Assembly (NCBI GenBank): GCA_947475095.1
Contig: CANJLG010000008.1
Span: 21,001-85,000, forward strand
Source of the DNA: Flavobacteriales bacterium
GTDB lineage: Bacteria > Bacteroidota > Bacteroidia > Flavobacteriales_D > Crocinitomicaceae
Direction: 5' to 3'
DNA: 64,000 bases
Both the position numbers and the translations under genes were made by a program. This document shows, piece by piece, positions 26,436 to 36,386 of this stretch. The notes below the pieces were generated by a model. The model searched no databases. It was not told the DNA's origin and saw only the letters and a list, made by a program, of their open reading frames with translations. The number at the start of each line of letters is the position of its first letter. Within the stretch, counting starts at the first letter, position 1.

Positions 26436-28280
26436 CTACTCCACCGTTACCGACTTGGCTAAATTTCGAGGCTGGTCTACATTGCAACCCCTCATTACGG
26501 CTATATGGTAAGAAAGTAACTGAAACGGTATGGTTGCCAATAAAGGCACTAAAAACTCATTCGTTTCCGGTATTTCAATCACGTGATCCGCCATTGCTCG
26601 AACTTGCTCATCGCCCTCTGTGACAACGGCAATAATTTTTCCTTTTCTCGCTTTCACTTCTTGAATATTGGACACTACTTTTTCATAGGATTTCCCTTTG
26701 GTGGCCACTACGAAAATTGGCATGTTTTCATCAATTAAAGCAATCGGTCCGTGCTTCATTTCTGCTGCAGGGTAGCCCTCAGCATGAATATAAGAAATCT
26801 CTTTAAGTTTTAGCGCCCCCTCTAATGCAACAGGAAAAGAACTTCCGCGACCAAGGTATAGAGCATTTGATGCATCTTTATACTCTCTAGCAATTTGTTC
26901 AATCAACGCATTCGATTCTAACACTTTTTTAACTTTATTTGGGATTTCTTCCAGTTCTGCTAGTAAAATTCGGAATTCCGATTCGGAAACAGTTCCTTTT
27001 TTATGTCCTAAAGAAAGCGCCATAAGTATTAAAACGGTAACCTGAGCGGTAAATGCTTTTGTGGATGCCACCCCTATTTCGGGACCAGCATGGGTATATG
27101 AGCCGGCATGGGTGATCCGTGAAATTGACGAACCGACCACATTGCATATTCCTAATATTGTTGCGCCTTTGGATTTTGCCAGCTCTAGCGCGGCCATCGT
27201 ATCAGCCGTTTCTCCAGATTGAGAAATAGCAATTACCACATCATTTTCGGTCAATATCGGATTTCGATACCGAAATTCACTCGCGTACTCAACCTCAACA
27301 TTAATCCGAGCTAAATCTTCAATTAAATATTCTCCCACCAATGCAGCATGCCAAGAGGTTCCGCATGCAACAAGAATTAATCGATTGGCCTGAATCATTT
27401 TTTGCTCGTAATCTTTAATTCCTCCTAAAGACACCCAGCCTTCTTTTGCATTTAAGCGACCGCGAAAACAATCTTGAATAGATCGAGGCTGCTCGTTAAT
27501 CTCTTTCAACATAAAATGTTCATATCCCCCTTTCTCCAATGCTTCCAACTCAAGTTCTAGCTGTTGAATGTAAGGTGTTTTTTCTTGATCTGAGATGTTG
27601 TATATTTTTAATTCCTCTCCTAATTTTATTACAGCGATTTCCTCATCTTCCAAATAAACAACCTGTTTTGTATATTCTACAATTGGAGTAGCGTCTGAAG
27701 CCAAATAAAAATCACCAGTTGCTCCTATACCTACCACAAGCGGACTACTCTTACGCGCAGCAACCATTTGATTCGGAAAGTTTTTTGAAATAGCGACAAT
27801 AGCATAAGCTCCAACCACATTTAAAAGTGATAAACGCAAGGCCTCTCCAAACCAAACATTTTCTTTCTTGCTAATAAAATCAACTAAATGAACAAGTACT
27901 TCCGTATCTGTTTCGCTTTTAAATAAATACCCTTGCCTAACTAACTCTTGCTTTAAGGCATCGTAGTTTTCAATAATTCCGTTATGGATAAGTGCTATTG
28001 AACCATCCATGGAAACATGGGGGTGAGCATTCGTGTCAGTTGGAAGTCCGTGTGTGGCCCAACGAGTGTGTCCTATACCTGAATTTCCTGCATGATCTTG
28101 ATCAAGCATAAACTCCTCCAAATTACTGACCTTGCCGGCTTTTTTAAAAACGTTGAGTTCATCTTTGTTGATTAATGCAATTCCTGCACTGTCATATCCA
28201 CGATATTCGAGCCGCTTTAATCCTTTTAAGATAATAGGATACGCTTCTTTTTTTCCAATATATGCTACAATTCCACACAT
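26436..28280 (-). CDS. glmS: glutamine--fructose-6-phosphate aminotransferase (isomerizing)
   Basis: Ntn nucleophile MCGIVAYIG, two SIS domains (ISQSGETADT), C-terminal LAKSVTVE. Confidence 0.95.
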   Translation of the reverse strand: MCGIVAYIGKKEAYPIILKGLKRLEYRGYDSAGIALINKDELNVFKKAGKVSNLEEFMLDQDHAGNSGIGHTRWATHGLPTDTNAHPHVSMDGSIALIHNGIIENYDALKQELVRQGYLFKSETDTEVLVHLVDFISKKENVWFGEALRLSLLNVVGAYAIVAISKNFPNQMVAARKSSPLVVGIGATGDFYLASDATPIVEYTKQVVYLEDEEIAVIKLGEELKIYNISDQEKTPYIQQLELELEALEKGGYEHFMLKEINEQPRSIQDCFRGRLNAKEGWVSLGGIKDYEQKMIQANRLILVACGTSWHAALVGEYLIEDLARINVEVEYASEFRYRNPILTENDVVIAISQSGETADTMAALELAKSKGATILGICNVVGSSISRITHAGSYTHAGPEIGVASTKAFTAQVTVLILMALSLGHKKGTVSESEFRILLAELEEIPNKVKKVLESNALIEQIAREYKDASNALYLGRGSSFPVALEGALKLKEISYIHAEGYPAAEMKHGPIALIDENMPIFVVATKGKSYEKVVSNIQEVKARKGKIIAVVTEGDEQVRAMADHVIEIPETNEFLVPLLATIPFQLLSYHIAVMRGCNVDQPRNLAKSVTVE

Positions 28281-28283
28281 ACA

Positions 28284-29573
28284 TTAATATGTTGTATACG
28301 TTACTACTAAACGGGGGGCAAACTTATTGTTTGTGTTTTTGCCATTAAAAACAATTCTTTCGGAAGAATTAATAAAAAACCTCGGCGAAAGGATCAATCC
28401 CGTATTTTCTATGTCTTTATTTATTATGGCTTGCACATATTGCTTAATATCAACCTTGAATTCTTTATTAAATTCATCGAAAGCTCCGAGGACTCCCAAA
28501 TTCGTATATAGATCGGTCGATTCTTTTGTGCGAGTGGCTACAGAAATATTCGTTCCAGGTTTATACCTGTAAAAACTTTGATACTGAACGGGTAAATGAA
28601 GGTCTGCACGGTGAATGAGAAAGTTGTTTTTTAAATTGTCTAAGCCGGGTATTTTTACAATCGCGCGTAAATTAAACGCTTGTGCATAAAACGCATTGCT
28701 TCCAAGTGTGCTGTCTTGAAGCGTTTGCTGAATTACCGTGCCTGAAAAATCCTTGTCAATGTGCGTAAAGTCAGCGCAAGAGCTGTTTAGAAGCAATTCA
28801 AAAGTCTTCTGAACTGTGCCCTGATGAAAATAAACGGTCATTTTTGATGCAGCATCATTTAAATTAAAATAAAATGTCGCGCCATTACCTGCCGCTTGAA
28901 CCCCATTATTTGTTTGAATTTTAATGCCTTTAAAATAGGTGAGAAATGCTTCATTGCTGCCAAACGTTGTGCTCCCACTTGTTGCTTCAGTAATAAGCGT
29001 ACGCGCTAAATTTGTATCTAATGGAATTCTTAATTGGGGACTTAGGCTGTCGCCTCCCACTATTGTTTTATTGATGGGATCCGGAGTAATCGTCCCCATT
29101 CCGAAAGGAACTAAATTTGTTGGCTTTGTGGCTTTTGTAGTAAAGGCATAATAGGTCGAATCAATGTTGAGGTCTTCATTTAGCTCATACACTTCAAATG
29201 TTTGGGGCGTTAGGTCGCCGTAATATCCAACATACTTTAGCGATAAAACAAATGAGTCAATAACAATTGTGGCAGGGTCGCCAAAGTTTGGATTAATTCC
29301 AGCTAAACGAATTTGAGTGTAAATTGAGGCATCAACTTTTCCAAAAACCGGATCGTTGTAGCTCCCCAAAACAACATTAGAAGCATTGTCTGTTACTATA
29401 GAATCTTCTATTATTGAATAAGAAATGATGTCGAAGGTGTCGGTTGTAGTGCCTGATAAATAGGAGTCACTGTTCAATAAATCCTTCCCTAATGCATTTT
29501 CTTTTTTCTTACACGAGGCAATAAATATGGCGCTGATTGCTATTATCAAGCATGAAAAATAGGCTTTTTTCAT
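28284..29573 (-). CDS. lipoprotein, probably DUF4270 family
   Basis: Lipobox AIFIASCKKK. Its position between glmS and the short glycogen-synthase-like gene matches the conserved Bacteroidota neighbourhood as I recall it. Confidence 0.5.
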   Translation of the reverse strand: MKKAYFSCLIIAISAIFIASCKKKENALGKDLLNSDSYLSGTTTDTFDIISYSIIEDSIVTDNASNVVLGSYNDPVFGKVDASIYTQIRLAGINPNFGDPATIVIDSFVLSLKYVGYYGDLTPQTFEVYELNEDLNIDSTYYAFTTKATKPTNLVPFGMGTITPDPINKTIVGGDSLSPQLRIPLDTNLARTLITEATSGSTTFGSNEAFLTYFKGIKIQTNNGVQAAGNGATFYFNLNDAASKMTVYFHQGTVQKTFELLLNSSCADFTHIDKDFSGTVIQQTLQDSTLGSNAFYAQAFNLRAIVKIPGLDNLKNNFLIHRADLHLPVQYQSFYRYKPGTNISVATRTKESTDLYTNLGVLGAFDEFNKEFKVDIKQYVQAIINKDIENTGLILSPRFFINSSERIVFNGKNTNNKFAPRLVVTYTTY

Positions 29574-29590
29574 TGAAATAATGATGAGAA

Positions 29591-30412
29591 TTAAACAAGG
29601 ATAGGTTCATCCACAACCTTGTCAATAAAGACAGAAAGCGCTTTAGCTTGCGCTTCCTCGGACGTAAAGTCAAGTTTGTGCACGTTGGACGCATTGTATA
29701 TTTGCTGAATATCTGGGTGCAGTTCCTCTACGCCAATACTAAGGCCATCACAATGATCTGCAAATACTTTGGTGAGGTTTAAAAAGCTCGTGTCTTTTAC
29801 GCTATCAGCTATCGCAACTGGAAATCCATCTAGTTTCAATTTTTCAGAAAATCGTGGGCTCCAATCATTCGTAAATCGATCGTTGAAAAAATTGTAAACA
29901 ACTTTTGTTGACTTAAAATGTGGGTCTTTGTTGTAAATGTGCTTAATATATAAAGACATTAAACCCGTAAACGAGCCATTGCAATGTATTAGGTCTGGCT
30001 GCCATCCTAATTTTTTTACTGTTTCTAATACGCCCCTGCAGAAAAACATCGCTCGTTCATCGTTATCCTCATAATCTTGATCGTTTTCATCTAATAACGT
30101 CGCCTTTCTTTTAAAATAATCATCGTTATCAATAAAATAAACTTGCATTTTAGCGGCGGAAACCGAGGCTACTTTTATAATTAATGGGTGATCGTGGTCA
30201 TCTATTGACAGGTTAAGTCCAGATAAACGAATTACTTCATGTAACTGGTGTCTCCGTTCATTTATAACACTATATCTTGGAGAAAAAACCCTGATTTCTT
30301 TTCCACTCTCTTGGGTAATTTGAGGAAGGCGACGGGCTTGCGAAGAAACCTCTGACTTGGGTAAAAAGGGGTATATTTCCTGAGAAATAAATAACACTTT
30401 CTTTTTTTCCAT
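29591..30412 (-). CDS. short glycogen/starch synthase-like protein (GT5 N-terminal domain only)
   Basis: KVLFISQEIYPF at the N-terminus resembles the GlgA KxGGL-region context. 273 aa, whereas full-length GlgA is much longer as I recall (about 480 aa). Confidence 0.55.
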   Translation of the reverse strand: MEKKKVLFISQEIYPFLPKSEVSSQARRLPQITQESGKEIRVFSPRYSVINERRHQLHEVIRLSGLNLSIDDHDHPLIIKVASVSAAKMQVYFIDNDDYFKRKATLLDENDQDYEDNDERAMFFCRGVLETVKKLGWQPDLIHCNGSFTGLMSLYIKHIYNKDPHFKSTKVVYNFFNDRFTNDWSPRFSEKLKLDGFPVAIADSVKDTSFLNLTKVFADHCDGLSIGVEELHPDIQQIYNASNVHKLDFTSEEAQAKALSVFIDKVVDEPILV

Positions 30413-30504
30413 TTAGCGCTTACTTACTTAATATTAGGTGCAAATTTACAATTAAATATGCGGTTTTCCTAAAAACCTATAGCTTTGTTCTCACTAAAGT
30501 AATA

Positions 30505-31344
30505 ATGCCAGTGCTATTAACAACAATTGATAATTTAGTTTTTACCATTCGTTCACTAAAAGAGCAGGACAATCGGATTGGTTTCGTTCCAACAATGGGG
30601 GCACTTCATCAAGGACATTTATCTTTAATAAAGCAAGGACTTAGTGCTTGTGATGTTGTTGTGGTAAGTATTTTTGTTAATCCATTACAGTTTAATAATT
30701 CCTCGGATTTTAAGTCGTATCCCAATACCCTTGATGCAGACTTAAAACTTCTGGGGTCTTTTCCAAATCTATACGTCTTTGCGCCAACTTTTGATGAGCT
30801 GTTCCATGGACAAGAAAGTGACTTTAAAGTGGAGGTGGGAGAAGTCGCAACATTACTTGAGGGTGCTTGGCGGCCCGGACACTTTGGTGGTGTAATACAA
30901 GTTGTTAATGCGCTTTTTAGATTGGTTGAGCCTGACGCAGCTTTTTTTGGAGAGAAAGATTACCAACAACTCGCTATTATAAAAATAATGGTAAGAAAGC
31001 TCGGATTGCCGATTGAAATAATGGCGTGTCCTACACAGCGCTCACCTGAAGGACTGGCTATGAGTAGTAGAAATATGTTACTTAATACTGAAGAAAAGCA
31101 CCAAGCGCTGATCATTTGGGAAACCTTAAATTATATTAAAAACAAACAGGCTAACTATTCGCCGAAGCAGCTTCAAGAGCTTGGTAAAATATTTTTTAAT
31201 TCCGGTCATTTACGCCTTGAATATTTAGAGATTGTGTGTGTCGATACCCTTCAACCCATTTCAGATTGGGAAACAAAAAGTATTTGTTGCATCGCTGCTT
31301 ATTGCGGAAATACACGATTGATTGATAATTTAGTTCTCAATTAA
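30505..31344 (+). CDS. panC: pantoate--beta-alanine ligase
   Basis: GFVPTMGALHQGHLSL (HIGH-type), FGEKDYQQL, MSSRN. Confidence 0.92.
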   Translation: MPVLLTTIDNLVFTIRSLKEQDNRIGFVPTMGALHQGHLSLIKQGLSACDVVVVSIFVNPLQFNNSSDFKSYPNTLDADLKLLGSFPNLYVFAPTFDELFHGQESDFKVEVGEVATLLEGAWRPGHFGGVIQVVNALFRLVEPDAAFFGEKDYQQLAIIKIMVRKLGLPIEIMACPTQRSPEGLAMSSRNMLLNTEEKHQALIIWETLNYIKNKQANYSPKQLQELGKIFFNSGHLRLEYLEIVCVDTLQPISDWETKSICCIAAYCGNTRLIDNLVLN

Positions 31345-31381
31345 TTGTTTTGCCTTAATTTTGGCGTAACTAATTATAATC

Positions 31382-31735
31382 ATGCAAATACAAATTTTAA
31401 AATCAAAAATTCATCGTGTTCGCGTAACGCAAGCAGAACTAGATTACATTGGAAGCATCACAATTGATGAAAGGTTAATGATTGCGGCTAATATTATCGA
31501 GGGGGAGCGCGTTCAGATTGTTAATGTAAATAACGGCGAGCGCTTCGAGACATATGTTATTAAGGGTGAGCCGAACAGTGGTAACATTTGTTTAAATGGG
31601 CCTGCAGCTAGGCGGGTTGCCATAAATGATATTATCATTATTCTTGGTTATGGCATTATGGACTTTGAAGAAGCTAAGCTGTTTAAGCCGGCACTCGTTT
31701 TTCCAAATGAAAAAACGAACTTATTAACTTCCTAA
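31382..31735 (+). CDS. panD: aspartate 1-decarboxylase
   Basis: [25 protein letters not shown] with the self-processing Gly-Ser site. Size 117 aa. Confidence 0.92.
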   Translation: MQIQILKSKIHRVRVTQAELDYIGSITIDERLMIAANIIEGERVQIVNVNNGERFETYVIKGEPNSGNICLNGPAARRVAINDIIIILGYGIMDFEEAKLFKPALVFPNEKTNLLTS

Positions 31736-31737
31736 CT

Positions 31738-32247
31738 ATGATAAATCATTGGGAGCTCACTAAGTCAAAAATATTATCCTTAGAAGATGCCCTTGCGCTT
31801 ACGAAAACACTAAAGAATCAAGGTAAAAAAATTGTTTTTACGAATGGTTGTTTCGATGTATTGCATCTTGGCCACGTAAGCTATTTGGCAAAAGCTGCAT
31901 CGCTTGGCGACTGTCTTGTTGTAGCGCTAAATACAGACGCTTCTGTTCGGGCACTAAATAAGGCTCCTAATCGTCCTATTCACGATGAAGATGCAAGGCG
32001 ATTGGTAATTGCTAGCTTATCTTGTGTGGATGGCGTAATTCTTTTTGATGAAAACACGCCGTTAAACGCCATCGAAACGCTTCTTCCAGATGTGTTGGTT
32101 AAAGGGGCTGACTATGACGCAAAGGAAGTAGATAAGAATTCGTCACGATACATCGTTGGATCAGATGTTGTTATCAAAAATGGTGGTGAAATCGCAACAA
32201 TAGAATTTGTTGAAGGCCATTCAACAACCAATATATTAAGAAAGTGA
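31738..32247 (+). CDS. D-glycero-beta-D-manno-heptose 1-phosphate adenylyltransferase-like cytidylyltransferase (RfaE domain II type)
   Basis: VFTNGCFDVLHLGHVSYL nucleotidyltransferase motif and LVKGADY. Size 169 aa. Confidence 0.75.
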   Translation: MINHWELTKSKILSLEDALALTKTLKNQGKKIVFTNGCFDVLHLGHVSYLAKAASLGDCLVVALNTDASVRALNKAPNRPIHDEDARRLVIASLSCVDGVILFDENTPLNAIETLLPDVLVKGADYDAKEVDKNSSRYIVGSDVVIKNGGEIATIEFVEGHSTTNILRK

Positions 32248-32919
32248 TTTGCTTTTGCGGTTCTCGAAAAGGGCAATAATCGGAAAAAGCATACTAAAAT
32301 TATAATATAAATCCTCAAAAGGTATTGTTGTCATCCGCCAACCAATAATGTGTTTTTCTGAATACCAAACAATGGGCTCGGTCGTAAATGCACCCGTGAG
32401 AGCTCCATTAACAATAAAAAATGGCAAAAGGCAAACACAATAAGTGAAGGCGAAATTACCTAGCCATGAGGGCTTCATTGCTAAGGCATATACACAACAA
32501 CAAAAAGTAATTAGACAAGTGGTGAAGGTGTACCAGTTTTTGAAATAGCAAATCGTTAAAACAAGGCTGCTTATGCCTATTAAAATAAAAAACCTAGCCC
32601 CCCAATTTTTAAGTTTTACCTCTGGAAAATAAACTTTTAATACTTGATGAATAAACACACAATTGTAGGGGACAATGAAGAAAAACAATACTTCCTCTAA
32701 AGGTAAATGACCTAAATATATCCCCCATAAATACCTCGGATTGAATCCCCAGATCTTGTTGATGGTAAATGCCTCGTCCCAAACCAAAAAAAATGTTGCT
32801 GTGAATAATAGACCAAGGATAAAAAATTTAATGTTTTTATAAAAGGCTACTTTCTTGTCGAAACTCAATAAAAGAGGGCCTATGAATGCGCCTATAATTA
32901 AATTGCCGTACAAACTCAT
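32236..32919 (-). CDS. lycopene cyclase domain protein (fused CrtYc/CrtYd type)
   Basis: 227-aa polytopic protein with duplicated halves, each carrying a P-x-E(E/D) type motif (LPLEEVLFF, IPFEDLYY). Overlaps the crtZ stop by 4 nt. Confidence 0.65.
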   Translation of the reverse strand: MSLYGNLIIGAFIGPLLLSFDKKVAFYKNIKFFILGLLFTATFFLVWDEAFTINKIWGFNPRYLWGIYLGHLPLEEVLFFFIVPYNCVFIHQVLKVYFPEVKLKNWGARFFILIGISSLVLTICYFKNWYTFTTCLITFCCCVYALAMKPSWLGNFAFTYCVCLLPFFIVNGALTGAFTTEPIVWYSEKHIIGWRMTTIPFEDLYYNFSMLFPIIALFENRKSKSLS

Positions 32920-33413
32920 TTAGCTTGGCTATTACGACGATACGCTTTTCTCGCTTCTTGGTAAAATTTTGGCGGCACGAGAAGCATTCCAAAACACTCT
33001 CCCTTTTCTTTTCCTGTATTTTTGTGGTGAATTTTATGCGCCTTTCTAATGGCATAAAAATAAGGATGGTCAAGATTTCTTAGCCATTTAACCCGTTGAT
33101 GAATGTAGACATCGTGAATCAAAAAATAAGCTAGTCCATAGGCTGCTATTCCATAACCAATCCAAACGGGTAAATAATTATTTGCCATCATGCCTAGCAT
33201 AATACAAAGCCAAGAAGGAATGGCATAAATAAGAAAGAAAATATCATTTTTTTCCATGAAACCCGGTTCAATTTGATGGTGGTCTTTATGGAAATACCAC
33301 ATTTTACCATGCATCAGAAATTTATGCGTGCACCAAGCCATAAATTCCATAAAGAAAAAGGTCGTTATTAATAAAAGGGGGCCCCACCAATACATTAGAA
33401 CAAATTTAAGCAA
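32916..33413 (-). CDS. crtZ: beta-carotene 3-hydroxylase
   Basis: Four His boxes: HKFLMH, HKDHH, HDVYIHQR, HKIHH. About 165 aa. The start could instead be the Met at 33395. Confidence 0.85.
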   Translation of the reverse strand: MLKFVLMYWWGPLLLITTFFFMEFMAWCTHKFLMHGKMWYFHKDHHQIEPGFMEKNDIFFLIYAIPSWLCIMLGMMANNYLPVWIGYGIAAYGLAYFLIHDVYIHQRVKWLRNLDHPYFYAIRKAHKIHHKNTGKEKGECFGMLLVPPKFYQEARKAYRRNSQAK

Positions 33414-34027
33414 ATGAAAAATACTGTCATAAATAAAAACAAGGCGATAATCACTTTGTTCGCATCATGTTTTATCTTACTAAAATAAATAATTTGTAAA
33501 AACAGGCCTATAAAAAACCAACAGATGTAATTATAAGCGGGAATAAGCCCTCCCTCCCAGTTCCAAAAACCACTCTTAATCGCTACGGGCTCTAGGATAA
33601 AGTCGAAGAGCAACATTAAAAAAGCAGCGATAATCATTCTTGCTAATTTATTAGCGCTCAATATAGCCGAGCAGTGAGCGGCGCCTATCGTAACAATGGC
33701 CCAATTAATTGCAATAATTACCGGAACGCCTGCCATTTTCACCCCTAAATTGGCTTCATAATGGTAGTTTCCAAATAAGAGTTTAGTATTCACGCCAATT
33801 AGCTCTGCTATAAACCCAACGAGTCCGGAAAAAAGCAGGAAGGTAAATGTTGGTTTTATAGGTGTTCTTAGGGTAAAAAGAATGGCGCAAAAAGAAAGAA
33901 TAAGGATAAGGGGAGTAAGTGATAAAAAGAGTGTTCTATATGCCGGCATAATACTCCCAAAAAACCCTACAAGGTAAATAATCCCAAAAAAACCAATAAC
34001 TAACTTTTCTTTCTTTTTTGAATTCAT
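33395..34027 (-). CDS. carotenoid biosynthesis membrane protein (PF04240/DUF422-like)
   Basis: About 6-7 TM helices within a carotenoid gene context. Start placed at MNSKKKEK (34027), 7 nt after the SDR stop. The ORF is open to 34075. Confidence 0.5.
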   Translation of the reverse strand: MNSKKKEKLVIGFFGIIYLVGFFGSIMPAYRTLFLSLTPLILILSFCAILFTLRTPIKPTFTFLLFSGLVGFIAELIGVNTKLLFGNYHYEANLGVKMAGVPVIIAINWAIVTIGAAHCSAILSANKLARMIIAAFLMLLFDFILEPVAIKSGFWNWEGGLIPAYNYICWFFIGLFLQIIYFSKIKHDANKVIIALFLFMTVFFICLNLF

Positions 34028-34034
34028 TGTTTCC

Positions 34035-35036
34035 TTAAATAATTCTTCCTTTAATGGCGTGTAACAATGTGTCATTAAGGGGGGTAAATGGAATGGCTGT
34101 TGTCGTACTAATCAAACGACTATCATACCGTATCGTTTTATACGCCGAATAAACTGATTCAATGGTCAAACCCCTTCTTTTTCGCAAAAACAAATAAAAA
34201 ACTTCGGAAAATGCTGCAAAAATGAGCGATATTAAACGCGGTGTTTTCATTCTTGGTGGGCGCTTATTAAAACAACTAGCTATGGCGCCTAGCAGTTCGA
34301 GAAAGCTAACGTTTTGTCCTGTACAAAGAAACTTTTTATTAGTAATGGTGGAATTCATTAAGTAAATCATGTTGGAAACAAGGTCTCTTACATCCACAAT
34401 AGCATTTGATCCCTTTGGATAAAAAAAGATGCCTTTGGATGCCGTTTTAAAAATAGACAAGGAGCTGTCGTTCCAATTTCCTGGACCTAAAATTAAACAA
34501 GGATTAACAATTACCACTGGTAGGCCCTCTTCCGCCCCACGCCACACTTCTTTTTCAGCACTGTATTTTGAGATGGAGTAACCTGAAACTTCTTTTCCTG
34601 GTTTCCATTTAGTGGTTTCGTCTGTGGTTCCGTTTGGATTAAACCCGAGAGCAGCCGTGGAACTTACATAGCAGAGCTTTTTCACTTTATTTAAAAGACA
34701 TAAATTGACAATGTTAGCAGTCCCTTGGCGGTTTGCGCTCATACATGCATGAAAGTCTATTTTGTGAAAGGACACAAGTGCTGCACAGTGATAGACATAC
34801 GAAATCCCATCGAATAACTCGTTCAAGTCGGATAGTGAAAGTATATCGGCACGAACCCACTGAATTTTGTTAAAATATTCTTGTGCCTTTGTGTTAAAAT
34901 AAAACTCAAAAAGTTTTTTTGTTTCTTGCTGTTTAAATTCTGAACGAAAACTAGCTCGCACGCTTTCATGGTGTTGTGTTAGTTCACACAACAAATGCCC
35001 ACCTACCAAACCTGTTGCACCAGTTACTAAAATCAT
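34035..35036 (-). CDS. NAD(P)-dependent epimerase/dehydratase-family SDR
   Basis: MILVTGATGLVGGHL Rossmann motif and YSISKYSAE (YxxxK). Start moved to 35036, which forms an ATGA overlap with the hemL stop. Confidence 0.7.
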   Translation of the reverse strand: MILVTGATGLVGGHLLCELTQHHESVRASFRSEFKQQETKKLFEFYFNTKAQEYFNKIQWVRADILSLSDLNELFDGISYVYHCAALVSFHKIDFHACMSANRQGTANIVNLCLLNKVKKLCYVSSTAALGFNPNGTTDETTKWKPGKEVSGYSISKYSAEKEVWRGAEEGLPVVIVNPCLILGPGNWNDSSLSIFKTASKGIFFYPKGSNAIVDVRDLVSNMIYLMNSTITNKKFLCTGQNVSFLELLGAIASCFNKRPPRMKTPRLISLIFAAFSEVFYLFLRKRRGLTIESVYSAYKTIRYDSRLISTTTAIPFTPLNDTLLHAIKGRII

Positions 35037-36337
35037 TTCACGGTAAATATAGCATCTAAAGCGTCGCAAAACCCAATTACTGATGCGTCTAAAATAACCT
35101 CGCTGTGGGCTTGTGATATAAACCCCACTTCGTAACCACTCGGACCAATATAAATACCTCTATTAAGTAATTCGGCGTGCAACAAATTGAAGTTACTCAT
35201 ATCTGGATTAATTTGGTCGGCTGAGGCAATGCGCTTGTTCTCTTCAAATGACAACCAAAAAATAGATCCTATACTCACTAATTTAAATGGATAAGATGAA
35301 TCGCTAGCGTGTTTATTTATTGCCTGAACAAAACCCAAGGTTTTGACTGATAGTTCTTCATAAAATCCGGAACGTAGGCAATTGCTTAATTGAGCAATCC
35401 CCGCTGCCATAGCAACCGGATTGCCAGAAAGTGTTCCAGCTTGGTAAACGGGGCCTTCAGGAGATACGTTCGACATCAACTCATTGCTCGCGCCATAAGC
35501 GCCTACGGGTAGTCCTCCTCCCATAATTTTGCCATAAGTTACAATATCAGGAATAATGTCATAAAAAGCCGCTGCTCCGCCGAAAGCAACTCTAAACCCC
35601 GATATAACCTCATCGAAAATTAAAAGTATGTTTAGTTTCGTACACAGCGCTCGAAGGGAAAGAAGAAATGTTTTATCTTGTAGTAGCAAGCCATTATTGG
35701 CCGGAATTGGTTCAATAATTACCGCAGCTATTTCATGAGCTTGGGCATGTAGAATCTCGCTTAATTTAGATAAGTCGTTTAGTGGAAGTACGATGGTTTC
35801 ATTAGCCAAAGACTCCGGAACGCCCGCGCTGGATGATGTTCCTAACGTTACAAGACCGCTTCCCGCCTTTACCATTAAAGAGTCAACATGACCATGGTAA
35901 CAGCCTTCGAATTTCACCAATTTAGTTTTTCCGGAGGCCCCTCTCGCTAATCGTATAGCGGACATAACTGCTTCTGTCCCCGATGATACAAACCTTAATT
36001 TGTCTATGAATGGAATATTACTTAGAATGAGTGCTGCTAATTCATTTTCTTTTTTTGTTGGCGCTCCAAAACTTGCCCCATTAGCCAAAGCAGCGACGGT
36101 CCCCTCGAAAATGTCCGGGTGATTGTGTCCCAAAATCAAAGGTCCCCAACTGCAACAAAAATCAGTGTATTTATTTCCATCTTCATCCCAAAGATAGGCT
36201 CCGTCTCCTTTCTGTATAAAAAGTGGCGTCCCTCCTACTGACCTAAATGCCCGCACCGGTGAATTTACGCCTCCTGGAAAATAGGTTTTTGCTTTTTCAA
36301 ACAACTGTTTAGATATAGACCTGTTAAGTTCGCTCAT
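35033..36337 (-). CDS. hemL: glutamate-1-semialdehyde 2,1-aminomutase
   Basis: FPGGVNSPVRAF, IFDEVISGFR, and PLP-lysine region YGKIMGGGLP. Confidence 0.93.
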   Translation of the reverse strand: MSELNRSISKQLFEKAKTYFPGGVNSPVRAFRSVGGTPLFIQKGDGAYLWDEDGNKYTDFCCSWGPLILGHNHPDIFEGTVAALANGASFGAPTKKENELAALILSNIPFIDKLRFVSSGTEAVMSAIRLARGASGKTKLVKFEGCYHGHVDSLMVKAGSGLVTLGTSSSAGVPESLANETIVLPLNDLSKLSEILHAQAHEIAAVIIEPIPANNGLLLQDKTFLLSLRALCTKLNILLIFDEVISGFRVAFGGAAAFYDIIPDIVTYGKIMGGGLPVGAYGASNELMSNVSPEGPVYQAGTLSGNPVAMAAGIAQLSNCLRSGFYEELSVKTLGFVQAINKHASDSSYPFKLVSIGSIFWLSFEENKRIASADQINPDMSNFNLLHAELLNRGIYIGPSGYEVGFISQAHSEVILDASVIGFCDALDAIFTVK

Positions 36338-36386
36338 TTTCTTGTTTATCTTTGTGGTTTACAAAAATAACAAATTTCAACGGCTT

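Noticed and set aside
29591-30412. Possible truncated glgA pseudogene (273 aa versus a much longer full-length GlgA, about 480 aa as I recall)
   Set aside because: The ORF is intact, has its own start and stop, and is tightly packed between neighbours with no frameshifted C-terminal remnant downstream. As I recall, an N-terminal-domain-only form next to panC is the normal Bacteroidota arrangement. Its function is still unclear.
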